DNA from: Botryllus schlosseri
Taxonomy: Eukaryota
Assembly: GCA_051294905.1 (NCBI GenBank)
Contig: CM119372.1
Location: 24,368,001 to 24,432,000 of the forward strand
DNA length: 64,000 nt
Reading direction: 5' to 3'
Shown here: piece by piece, positions 27,096 through 40,042 of the stretch
Layout of the letters: each line of letters starts with the position of its first letter
How positions within the stretch are numbered: the stretch's first letter is position 1
The notes under the pieces: generated by a model
What the model was told of the DNA's origin: nothing
Seen by the model: only the letters and a program-made list of their open reading frames with translations
Database searches by the model: none
Translations under genes and position numbers: made by a program

Positions 27096-28558
27096 CAATG
27101 TTCCCTCTAATTTTTCACGAGTCTGCGCAAATACGCCAACTCACTGCGCAGGCCCTTGGACAAAAGTGCGCAACCAGGCCCGCCATAGGTGATAAACCGA
27201 ACTTCTGGGGGGCTTCGCCCCCAGACCCCCCTCAGCCTAAACGCTTTTCACCGCTGCTAATCATCTATGTCTGTTCTTAGTTTAGTGGGCGTTCCGGCTA
27301 AACGCGCGAAGCGCGAAAATTTTCTATAATTCATCATCAAATCGGTCAATATCATCGGGAATTGCATATATTGCTATCAATTTTAATCCTGTCTCTGCTC
27401 ACGTAATCACATTTACAGGTAAAGCTGATCGAGTGAGATGTGTTGGAAAAGGTAGGCCCCCTAAATATAATTAAACATCTTCGGGCGTGCCCGTTGGTAT
27501 AATGACTTCCTTACATCATGCTATTTCGTGACCTCCTATCTGCTATGCCAGAAGGTATTGAAATCTGGACATAAGTCACTTTGATTCCACTGCGACGATA
27601 TGGTGACATACTATGGATTACTAGAAGACAGACATACACGCACTTGAAATCAATACATGCGATCGATGTAGGCCTACCGCGTTAAAACACTGATGTGACG
27701 TCTTAATACCCGCAATGTACTCATTACTATCAAGACCTACAGTCTGATATAATGATACAAATATTAAAAGTCTGATTGAAGCAAGAACAAGATCAGCGTA
27801 AGACCTTATCGACAGAAGATACCCGTTCAAACGAATCGAATAAAATCACAAATTTGTGCTGCTGAGAAGCTGATCTAATGCAACGCCCTACAGTGCATAT
27901 AGTTGCAGCATTTCCCGATCAACGTTTGCAAAGGGATGGATTTTTTCAACAATATTGGTGCTTGTACTTGCATATTCTGCATATTATCCTATATCACCAT
28001 ACGTGATCAGATTCGCCTGATGGACGTGATGACTTCGAAAATTCGCGGCATTTAATTATACAGTAAATCTTACACAATATTCATGCCACGCGGAGAAGAC
28101 TATTCGTTGCTTTCTCGCAGTTAACTTCGAGCTAGCCCATTGTTATATATAACTTTGTTAAACCATGTTATTTCGCCAATCCCACAAAGGATTGCGCTAT
28201 TGATATGATATCAGTATCGCTCACGCGTACGATACTATAGTAAAAGAAAAATATCTTTCGTGAGTCGCACACGATTGCAAATTCTCATTGCTTCGCGAAG
28301 CGCAATATTTGTTTTTTCGGGCCGCACTTGTAGGCCTACCTCGGTTTCAGACTTCAGCGATAGCACTATTTACCCCTGGCAATGTTCCCTCTCATTTTTC
28401 TCGAGTCTGAGCGCCTGCGCGATGCGTTGGACAAGAGTGCGCAACGATTAAAAAAAGTCATCACTTCGGATTTTTTGTGCGCAGCCTAGATTTTCTGTGC
28501 GCAGAGACCGTTTCAGCACTGCGCATTTGCGCACGTGCGCAGCTTAGAGGGAACATTG
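27096..28558. mobile_element. hAT-type non-autonomous element
   Basis: TIR caatgttccctctaa / ttagagggaacattg, perfect TSD GTGACGAC. The empty site is visible in the paralogous block near 54350. A second left TIR is present at 28380. Confidence 0.92.
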
Positions 28559-30351
28559 GTGACGACACTGTTATGATATATCTGTCGATTTTCCGCTTCC
28601 TCATACACGCTGTAATTCATGGATTGCATCTCGGTATCCTTCTAGCTGTAACTCAGGTAGAATAACATTTAGTTCCAGTGCCACGACAAGTGGATTATTT
28701 ATATATAAACCTAAATAACTGATATGCATTGAATTGAAGTAGGTTGGCTCTGAAGAAGGTATCACGTATGGAGATAATTGAAAGTTCAACAAAAACAATA
28801 CCTGTTCCAGCCGTTCATTCCTAATTTAAAGACTGTAGTATTGCCTTTCTAATTATTTGATGTTGATCTGGTGAAACGCGTTGACTAATATTTCATTTTT
28901 CACTTTTCTGGGGTTACATCGTTCATCCTCACGATCAATCACCGAGTAGGCTGCAAGGCGAAACCAATATGGGCGAGGTTGGAGCATATTGATGATACGT
29001 TCACGGAAACTTTTCCCATGTGAAAACTCTCCAGACCCATACATCCTTCAACGGGCAATTTAATCACTGACCTTTATACATACAATTCACAGACGCACAC
29101 AAACACCCACCGCATCGAACAAGTCCGATGCATTACGTGATCGATCCACGAACGAGCACAACTTGCTAACATTAATGTTATGGAAATAAGTGTGTAATTG
29201 TGTAAGGACAGGACTATTTGATGCCGGACATTCAGGAACCTGTACATATCAATATGATAGGCTTCGGCTAACAAGCGTCGGTTTTATCGCACTCGATCTT
29301 TCTGGTAGCGCACACGCATACTGCTCACGCCTAGATTAGAGCATCTCAACGGTCCCAATGCATGGTCTCGGGCGATACTATGAATATATCATTCTCTCAT
29401 AATTCCGAATGCACCTAAACTCAAGTCTGAAAATCAATCTTATTTTTTTAGATAATTATTAATTAAGGGGTAGCCTACTCAAAATATTACCAGGATATGT
29501 CACACTAAATCACACTAAATCACTTCAAGTTGAATTCATATGTGCAAAATAATTTACTTTATATTGATTTGCGAAAATTGGCGATATATGTGGAGAGACT
29601 ATGGCCCCCTGGCTACGCCATCGGTAGGATATGTCAGCGATTTCGTAGTATATAAGTGTAGGGGTTGAGCATCTTGCAAACAAGATCGAATTTTGCATTA
29701 CTCTGATTTGGCATTGTAGGCCTACCCTTCAAACTCAACAGTTCTTCATTCAAATACGGCCGCAATATTGGTACAGTTTGACAAGAACTTGGGACTGATT
29801 GATAATACTTCTTCCTGAAATCCAAACGAATGCCAATAAACATAGAAATCACTTGAAGCATCTGATTCATCAGATCCGCGACATGAGAATGCAGACAGGT
29901 GACTTCGATGGGGTAACTCTACTACTTCCCTCATCGAGCCTCACCAACGTCAATGGCTTATATAGCAACATATCCGGGAACTTTCTCAACAACGATGCTT
30001 ACTCACGGTAACGCTAAGTAGGCTATTTCGGACGTTTTTTCTGTATACTAGCCCGGTCACTAATCTCTTAGAAAGGATCTGACTTCTGTCATTCTTTCGT
30101 TGTTATACTCACTTTTCCGGATGGTACGTGGGTGCGGATTGTAAGACATACCGCGCGGATGATGTCGGTAATTGTGGGCTGCTTTTGGAAACGTTGGTGG
30201 TTTCGCATAAATAGAAACGATGATGTTTAGTAGATCGATGAAATTTGCATTGGCGATGCAAACAATGACGCAGTGCTACAATAAATAAATCAAAACGGAC
30301 AGAAGCGATATGCTGCGTATATGCCAGCAAATAATATTGTTATGATCTAGT

Positions 30352-31285
30352 TCAGTGGGTATAAACCGGGGATCCGCGAAGCATTTTCGGGGGGGGGGGG
30401 GGGTCCGCGAGACCTCCAAATTTGCAAAATGATTGCTAGACTAATTTGTATTTTTTCAATTAGTTAAATCACGAGACAGATTCGCTCTATAACTGGTAAA
30501 ACGTCACGACTCATATTACAAAAACGGCCGTCGGAAATGAAATATCCTACTATACAAACTCATTTTAATTGATAAATTGACAGCAGCCCAAGATACAAAC
30601 ATATATTGCTATTTGAAGATGTTTTATCGAGGTTTATGATAAAATAAAAAGTTAGAGTAGTAAGGACGATCAGGGTGACTTCGAAGTGTTTACAAGTTGG
30701 GAGTCTCAGCAAACTAGTGTGCAGTCGCTAGAGAGGGGAATTTTTGATCCATTTTCATCTGTAATATCCATAACCACTATTCAAGAATAACTCAAAGATG
30801 AGCTGCTAGATAGGAATGGCTAGGCTGGACGTTCATTCAAAAATCTGTTTCTCAAAGTTGGAGCCTGAAGGTGTCGTCTGGAGCGTTACGAGTTAATATT
30901 ACATTCGCGAACACCCATCTTTGAGGAAAAGGATTTTCAGCATACGTTCACATCAAATCAAGAGCGCGGGTGTTCAAGACACGACCACTTATTTCATTAG
31001 GTAAAATTCGCTTTGAAATAATAAAAATCGATGCAATTTTTACATAAAGCATTATATTATTTACAATATAAGTCATTTTGTTGTTGGTTATCACTGCAAT
31101 TTCTATATAATGTATGATAATATTTATAAGATAAGTCATTTTGCTGCTGTTTATCACTATCCTAAAGTTAAATTTTGCACAACTCATATCATGGTTGCAC
31201 GATAATTAAGGTAAATTTGAACGGAAAGTTAAGGGGGTCCGTGGGGCTCCCTGACGGCCAAAAGTGGTCCGCGAAGACGAACGAA
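30352..31285 (+). mobile_element. hAT/Buster-like derivative with decayed transposase; relatives at 56689-57085, ~37000-37433 (inverted) and 16761
   Basis: cagtgg..aaccgg..tccgcgaagc left end and ggggtccgt..gtccgcgaagac right subterminus. Broken LKDELLD...TFANTHL..GFSA motif. Confidence 0.7.
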
Positions 31286-32722
31286 TCAAGTCATGACTCG
31301 AGTCATCCCAAAACTGCTACAAGGTTATATCTGCATCTTCCTTGCCCGACGGCATATGCACATCATTTACTCACGGTACGCATATACGCAGATCGTGTGT
31401 ATGTATATCATGAGTCGTGTATATGCCGCAAGAACATCAAGGACAAAAATAAACTATGTCTGTAACTGCTCCTAACGTAAGGAGAGTTATTGATGCCACT
31501 TTTAATTGAACTCAAATCCCACGACCGATCCAGACAAATGATGATCCGTAGATGAAGGTAGAAATGATATGTATTGCAATAATTGATGTAACGAAGGAAT
31601 GTCCAAATACAGCAAATGAAACTGGGTCGTGAAATTAGGTTTTAAAATAGTGGTCGCCTGCGGTTAGAGTTAGATAAAGAGACAAGCCTGCACGATTAAA
31701 ACACAGGTTGGTGACTATAACGACCACACATGACGCAACGTAAGCAACAACGTACATACAGCAAACAAACTGAACTAAAGATGCGACGCCCAATCAGCAT
31801 ATATAAAGGACAGAACACGCGGCGCCTCATCAACTAATGATAATAATCACCACAGTAAACGAGCTAAACTACACTAAACTAACACTGCAGAATACTGCAG
31901 TAACAATGTCCCTTGCTTCCCTTATATTCCCTGGTAAGTCCTCGTCAAAATTGTTGGCAAAGCGACGGAAGATATTGATTTTATGAGATTATTATATCAT
32001 TTGATTGCCCAAGTTGATACATTTAACGACGTTTAAAACGTCGATATGTATTGCCGCATTATGACGTAATGTTGCCCGAGTCGTCGCTAGGTATCGCTAG
32101 GTATCGCTAGGTTGGAATTAGCCATACGACGTCCCGTGACGTCACGAGGTTCACGTTCGTGTTCACGCAGAACCTTTTAAAAAGGTTCGCGTTCACACGA
32201 ACCTGAACCTTTTGGAGGTTCACACCATCCCTCTGGATGCCTCTTCTTTACTTCGCCTAGGCTAAGGTGGGTGTGTGATCTTAAAGGCTACTCCAAGCTG
32301 TTTCGACACCTTCCTATCTTTTCATTGTATCGCAGTCTTGTGATGTTTTGAAATGATGAAAATATTAATAAAAACTGATTTCGCTTACTTATGTAGCCTA
32401 CGGCCGCAATGCAGGGCATAGCTGTAATGAACTAACTGTATGCAAATTACTTATGTTAAACTGTCCATTTCCGGTGAACTTCGGAATATTGTTCTTTTCA
32501 TATCAGCGTATTATACGCGTCCGAAATCGCGAGTGGTAATGTTATAAATAGTAGCTGAGATCGGCTATGTTTGCGCGAAGTGCGAAAATTTTTCAGATTT
32601 GCGAATGGATTCCGTCATTATTAGTAGCAGTATCTATATTACTATCAAATATTTATCCTTTCTCTGCCCATGTGATCAGTTTCACCGGTGCAGTTTTTTA
32701 GGGCCTAAGTTATAAATGTTAA

Positions 32723-35700
32723 CACTGGTCGACACAGTTTTTGTTGACTGTGATCAGGCAATTGATTTGGACTAACTTTTGGGCGCTGAATTCAAAAATG
32801 ACTTCCGTTTTTCTCTACCACGTCAAGTTTTTGGGTTAGGCACAGGGCTGTGGAGTCGGTAAATTTTACCACCGACTCCGGCTCCGACTCCGACTCCACA
32901 CATTCTCAATATACCGACTCCGACTCCGACTCCGACTCCTGAGTCTTTATACGTACCGACTCCGACTCCCGACTCCGACTCCAGCATTATTACCAATTTA
33001 CTTCGAAAATTATATGCCACATTGTCGGTTGAATGACTATCATACAACCATTAAACATAATTATGCAAACAGATGATTAACGGTGGCATGCTAAATTGTT
33101 TCATTGTGGCACAGCTCGAATTATCCACTATACAATTAACGTGAAAGAAAGATTTGCTAAATATCCTTCCTTTTTGAAGTTTTTATAACATGTACTCTCT
33201 AATATCCTGAAATGTATGAATCATTCAAATATGGCAGATATCCAATCCTGTATAATATAAATGTTGATAAAAAATCCAAGTGTAGCTCTTGTGTATGAGT
33301 CAGCAACTAATAAAGAGATTGAACTTACTAATTTTGTCATTGCACACTATCCTGATTACAAGCACACACACTCTTTACTACTAATAGACATTGGTCATAA
33401 ATGGAATTCAGTTAAGTAGTCAAGACCATAGCCTATGTCTAGTCTACATGTAGGCTACTTAATCAAGTAGGCCTATTCAAAAATTGGGACTTGCAGTCTT
33501 TCTTAATCATTTGTTCGACCTAAACAGCTAAGCTACCCTACAAATATTTTTAATTTTGTCAAGTGGGAAGCATCGTTTGGTCATTTTTACGTCATTTTTC
33601 CAATTTTACAAAACCAGCAAATGCATTTGCTCTGTTACAGTATCATGGTATAATTCCAAAAATTGCATCAATTTTGACTGTATCGCGAAAACGTATATTG
33701 CGATTTTCTTCCCTGTGCAACTGAGTTGTAATTTGCAAGTGATGTCTAATTTTATCTATATCAAGGGTGGCAACTTTTTCGGCCAAAGGGACACATGAGA
33801 TTTACGAACCATTGCGCGGGCAACTGGAATGTTGATAACCTTTTTTTAGTCGTCCAATAGGAGCGAACCGAATTAGGTAACATTGCAAACAAGATTTATA
33901 CGCTCTAAAATTGATAAGAATATGTCATGCAACTGTGCGGCGCGCAATCAGGCCCTGGTCGCGCGAAGCGCGAAATTTTTTTGCAAGATAATGACTGAAT
34001 TATATCAATAAATATGTTGCTAACATACATTGGGGATCGCATCTGTATACCACTGGGCTCATTTGGCAAGGACAGGATTATTCGACGTTTAGACATAGCA
34101 GAATCGACGGTATCAGTGAACATGCCTCTATCATTTTGTGCAAATGTTTTGTCGACGATCTCGCTGCGAGTGCACAAGCGAAGCCGCATGTTGGACGACA
34201 CGTTATCTCCTAATTGCGAATATAGTTAGACTCAATTCTGTGAATAATATGTATTTATAATTTTCAGAAGGGGGCTCAAATACTGAATGCAGGAAATCTA
34301 GTGACAATAAATCATGCGAAGTATGTACCGAGAAAAATTTCAAGTCAAATAAATCTGCTATGAAATATTCTACTTTATGGTCATGTACGAAGATATAGAA
34401 TAAATGTGGCTAGGGTTACGTCAATGGATACGTCAATGCGTCAGAACTGTTGTTTAAGTCATCATCAAATTTCGCGGTCATGCTAATCAAATTTTGGTTG
34501 GCCTGGCAATTGTACCTGATGTCATAAATAATTTCGAGAATTACCTCGCAGGCCACACCTAACCTTCTCGTGTGTCAAATTTGGCCTGCGTGCCACGGGA
34601 TGGCCGCACCTGATCTGTATGGTTATTAATAACAGTGATTGGTGGTACATAAATATTATATTGAAAATTCTTTAAAAGCAAATGTTTTCATGATAGAGAA
34701 GTTGGAGTCGGAGTCGAAGTCAGGGTCATTCTCACAAACTCCGACTCCGACTCCAATCAGTATTTTCCCCACGACTTCGACTCCGACTCCAGCTATTATA
34801 TTTTTCACGACTCCGACTCCGACTCCGACTCCATCAAGCGAAAATTACCCAGACTCCGACTCCGACTCCACTGACTCCGACTCCGAATCCACAGCCCTGG
34901 TTAGGCACCCCCCACATTGCCTCAAAACCCACAAAATAGCACTACTTTAATATTTTGTGTTTATGGTATAAAACGTTTCAAAAACTACAAACAGTCGAAA
35001 GTAAATCATTAGACATCAAATAAACATTTGCACTGCTTTATTTGGTTGATTTAAACTGATATTGCTTGTACTGGACAAATAAAGTAGAGTTTCACGGTCC
35101 AAATTCACGCTAATAACCCATAATTCTGTAGGTTGTCTATAGTTTGATACTCGAGCAATAGTCAGCTAACATATGTAAGCTCCAATCTACTCTGGTATCT
35201 TATCCCCATCATCCCCATGGGGGACATTTCCTCCTTGGCCATCTCTGACTATATCAAGGTTTTCAGGAAAATTATTAAGATATTTTAGTTTTTTTTTTTT
35301 TAATTTCTGTTGTCCGACATAAACATATGGCAGTGGCACATGTGTATCAGGGTTGCATGTGCTGTGCATCCTTATTGTCTGAAAAACAAAGAAAACACAA
35401 TATTTCAAATCTAACACATACGATCCAATCGTGCTCGTGATATTGCAACAATTCTATGTTCTGTATTGTTCTCAACGTTTCTGTATTATTCACGAAGACT
35501 AACTGAGTGTGCAATTGTTACTGCACCTAAGACGTTGCCATTTTGGAGAATGCCACACTTTAGGATCCTTTTTGAGCTACCTACAGGCATTTGTCATTCA
35601 CTTGAGTTCTAAATGGGGATTCCTAACTCCTCCAGTAATCCATGGTGAAAGTATCATGCCAATACCAGTATCATGGCGATAGGCTACAAAAAGCTACCGA

Positions 35701-36404
35701 AAGTAGGCCGACGAAAAAAAGGCTGATTCTCCTGATCGAAAGTGAGATACCTTCTCTACCTTGCCAAGTAGTCGTTTCTCACTTCATAAGGACGTTAAAA
35801 GTTCCGAAAATTTATATTCCAAGTCCAAAAGCCTATGTCAGATCAATAACTTGTGTTGATAGACTACTCTACATTCTGAATCATCTTCAATTTCAAAATC
35901 TACATCATTAGGCCTGCTATCCCTAAGATCTTCATCTTGATCCAAATTATCGAGCATATAGCAGTTTAAAAGTTACACTGCATAAGTTGAATGGGGCATT
36001 GGACCTATAGCTGATAGTAAATGTAATGTTTATTTTATTGCCATATCCTGCAGTTTGCATCAAATATGTGTGTGAAATATCCTCGGGTGGTTGCATCCTC
36101 TAACCACAAATGGGAGAAAGCATCGGCCTAGAGATCGATACCACTATCTTTATTCTTAATAATTCAATTGAAACCTTGGCTAGATAACTTATTATATGGT
36201 AAAAGTGTGGATTTTTATACGGTATGGAAAAGTAATATGGCTAAATTCGTGAAAATTTGCATATTTTGGGCATATGTCGCAGAGCAAAAACATGACGTGA
36301 TAGAAGAAAACCAGTGGCAATTCTGGAATCAGCAAGCCAAAATTAGCCTAAATCAAGTGCAAAATCGAAGTCAACAAATTTTTTTCCAAAATTGTTGCCC
36401 AGTG
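32723..36404 (-). mobile_element. Decayed Chapaev3-like (CMC) DNA transposon
   Basis: TAA-cactggtcgaca ... tgttgcccagtg-TAA with about 110 bp of imperfect inverted subtermini. Minus-strand remnants ILQNGNVLGAVTIAHSVSLRE and LNNFPENLDIVRDGQG resemble Chapaev transposase motifs. Confidence 0.72.
32843..34899. mobile_element. hAT-type element with (ACTCCG)n subterminal arrays, long copy
   Basis: TIR cagggctgtgga / tccacagccctg, perfect TSD GTTAGGCA. A shorter sister copy lies at 53104-54126. Confidence 0.93.
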
Positions 36405-37695
36405 TAATGCATGTTCGATTGTGCCGATTGTTATTAGTCACTTTGCTGAATGCTGTTATTTCTTGACCCCCCACTCCTCATCATAATTGTCGGTATAGTG
36501 GAAATATATTGGAATCGCCAAAATGTACCAGAAACAAATTTCTTTCGTGAGGAGCACACGCTTCCGACTCCGGCTCATATTGCAACAAGCCCTACTGTAT
36601 TAAAATCGAAAAATGAAGTCGTATTGAATCACGCGGAGCGCGAAGAAAATTTTAATATTTCTCTAAAAAATTTGGGAGTGAATTCGTAATTTCAATTTTC
36701 ATGTCGACGGCCACCAACACATACTAATGGAATTACGTGTCCACGGCCGCACAAATTCCCTTCTACGACCGCAGGTTGCCCAGCCCACCCCTGATGTAGA
36801 CATTGGGTTGACTTTTATTATTTCAAAACGAATCCTGCAACTGCAGTTCTTGAAATACGTAGTCTTGTCTTGAAAATCCGCGCCGTCGATTTGATATGAA
36901 CGAGTGCTGAAAATCCATTTGAACAAAGAGAGGTGGTGGCGAATGTAATAACAACGCGTAACGCTTCCGACGACACATTTGGATATGATCGCAATAAATA
37001 TGGCACCAAAATTGACAAACAATTTCTTTTATTGAACAGATAACGTCAAGCCTGTTCATTTCTATCTAACAGCTCATCTTGAAGTTATTATGGAAAAATG
37101 GTTATGTCTATCACAAGAGAAAATGGATTTTTGTAAACATCTCGAAGTTACCGTAATTGACCTTACTAATCCAACTGTTCATTTTTTACACAATCCTCAA
37201 CAAAACATTTTTATACGGCACAATTTTTGTATCAACAAGCTATTGGTAATTTAGCAACAAAAATGAGTCTGCACAGCAGGGTATTTCATCTCAGACGGCC
37301 ATTCTATTTATGCGAGTTCTACTAGTAACGAAGCGAAACTAACTGGTGATATTCCTAATTTAAAAAATGCAAATTAGGTTATCACCTAATTTGGAAATTT
37401 AGAGGCTTCGCGGACCCCCGGTTGAGAACCACTGGATTAGACAATTCGAAAGTAGTATATTTGTCATGGATCTGACAAAACTGCCAAAGAATGGAAAAAA
37501 TTACCATTCCATACATCAAAATTGCCATACCATACTTGCAGCTTTCCATAATCCATACCGACACTTCGTCCAACATACCATAGCATCATTCCATACCATA
37601 CCATAATACTATTCCCTGGTCCAAATGCCCCTAAAACCCTAAAATGTAAGCAGATATACAGGAATTTTCTTCAAGTATTTATCCCATTTCTTTAG

Positions 37696-37914
37696 TTTCG
37701 TGTCATAAACCATGAACGAAACGCATTTGCTTTATGCCCCGGAGTGAAAATGAAACCCGGGCAAGCGAATGCAGAGCTCGCATGCATCGGAAGCACTGGT
37801 GAAACCAGGACCGATTGTTACTGTGGCGACTTTGCCGGGAGATCTTGTGGTGTAGTCAGCTGGTCACGGGACCCGCGGCTAGTCAGCTCCGTCGTCATGA
37901 TATTTTACAGATGA
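37696..37914 (+). pseudogene. ITLN: Orphan intelectin terminal exon with intact reading frame
   Basis: tttag acceptor, then FRVINHERNAFALCPGVKMKPGQANAELACIGSTGETRTDCYCGDFAGRSCGVVSWSRDPRLVSSVVMIFYR*. Same phase and boundary as 16297-16076. No upstream plus-strand intelectin exons were found by eye. Confidence 0.85.
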
Positions 37915-38287
37915 AGGGAGCATTTGATTGAAGTTGATCTGATCTCGATAATAGCATTGGTATATGAAACGTGTCGGGTGTGTCGAAATATTAAATTACA
38001 TATCATGTACATGTGCGTCTTCCGATTTGAATTCATTTTCTCGTTGGCTGCTTGGAGGTTGAAGATGAACGATCGTCATCCAGCAAAGCAATCAAGTACA
38101 ATTCAACTAACAATTTGGCAATTAGGCTGTAAAGAAATGTTGAGAACCACATGACATGGCATCTTCAGTAGGTATCATATACATACCATGAAGGGTTAGG
38201 ATATTTAGGAATCCGGAAAGTAGATCACTTTTTACCAATCATAAAAGTCAGACTAAACCGAACAATAGAAAACTGTTGATTCTAGAA

Positions 38288-39290
38288 CAGTGGTTCCCAA
38301 ACGGTGGGGAATTCCCCACTGGTGGGGAATTCAATGGTTTCTGGTGGGGAATAGACGCATTTGTTCAAAATTATACAGAGGACAGTCTACATATTCACGG
38401 AGACACATGCGCAATTACCGTTACCAGTTAACTGCTCTGGAATATATGTATCGAAAATTATATTGCATGTTGTTCACAAAACCTCATTTTTAACTCTGGC
38501 TGGCCAATGATGGCGTCACAAACGCATCCGAAACGACTAGTTTGACGTGAAATAACGCTTTCGCGGAATTTTGAGCATTACTGTTATCAGTTAACAATAC
38601 GTTTTATGTTACAGTTATTGGCGATTGTCTTGCGTACTGGCATGGCTGTGTGTCTTGTGTAGTCAAGCCAGCAAATAGCTGCTCTGTGATGACAAAAGTG
38701 CTGGGTAGTGGGGAACAGGACCGTAACTGCCGCACCCCCAGTTTTTACTGGTATTTACCAGTACAACAATACCAATTTGAAATCGTGTGTGCCTTTTAGT
38801 TTTGGCGATTTCCATATCTTTTGACATAGCAGATATAGGAGGTCACGAAATAGCACAATGTAAAGAAGTCAATATACCAACGGGTCCGCCCGAAGATGTT
38901 CTATTCTTATTTAGGGGTCCTACCTTTTCCGACACACCTCACTCAGCTTTACCGGCAAATCTGATTACGTGAGCAGAACGCGGATAAAAAATTGAGAGCA
39001 AAATATATGCAATTCCCGATCATATTGGCTGATTCAAACACGAATTATATAAATTTTTCGCGCTTCGCGCGTTCAGTCGGAATAGGGTGACGCACTTAAC
39101 AGTACACCCAATGTAGCTGATAAGTTGCAGGGAAAATGCGTACAGGCTCAGCGGGGCTAAGGTGGTTCTGGGGGCCCAAGACCAACCTTTTTTGGCGGGG
39201 CTGACAAAGTGTTTTTATGGTCCTGGTGGGGAATGAAGGCTCGGAATAAATCTGAAGAGGGAATGAAGACAAAAAGGTTGGGAACCACTG
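38288..39290. mobile_element. hAT (Buster-type) MITE
   Basis: TIR cagtggttcccaa / ttgggaaccactg, perfect TSD TTCTAGAA. Confidence 0.92.
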
Positions 39291-40042
39291 TTCTAGAACG
39301 TCTACTGAAATCCTGTAGTGTTGACTTTAAAAATGTCATCTTTCGGACTCGACTCGCGAATCAACCACTTTCTAACTACACTGCTATGGTGTTGACTAAA
39401 AAAAGGTCATTTACCCGTCCTACTCCCGAATGACCCACTCGAACGTCCGCATCACACATTTCGTGTCATTTATGGCGTTTATTTAGTTCAGCCTGTCAAT
39501 TAGTCTGGTTGTCATAGCTATATAACAGAGGACGAATTTGGAAAAATGAGGACATTTAGGCATCCTCGGAGGACATTTTCGATTTCCTGAAAGGGGATGA
39601 CATATGGTAACCCTAGTACTATGGACTGGGGATGGTGTGAACGTGAGGTTCACGTTCGCGTTCTGTGTGTGAGCCTCAGAATTTTAGAGGTTCACGTTCA
39701 CAAACGAACCTTGGTAAGTTCTGCACAGTGAACCGTTTTCATACATTGCAATTTTCACTTCATTTTAACATCTTTGGTCGAAATTTATTGCATTTCAACT
39801 GCGGGCCACTCTATGCCTGGCGGTGACAGTAAAAGAAATCAACACTAAACGAGCATACACCTTGACAATCTCAAAAAGTTTAATTGCTTTGTTACAAAAG
39901 TCCGCTCGAAATATCCAGCTTTCCGTTTGTGAATATTCGGTGACTGTCTGCTGTGCTGTAAAAAATCTAGCAAGCGTACGAGGTCAATAGCGGTTGCAAG
40001 AATACAAATCCGTTTTACGTTCTGCTCAATATCAACGTAGCA

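Noticed and set aside
31587..31905. Solo LTR (TG...CA bounded)
   Set aside because: No matching TSD, PBS/PPT or second copy.
34639..34950. Pro/Thr-rich ORF (and Gly/Val-rich ORF 32823-33047)
   Set aside because: These are translations of (ACTCCG)n subterminal repeats of a TSD-bounded element.
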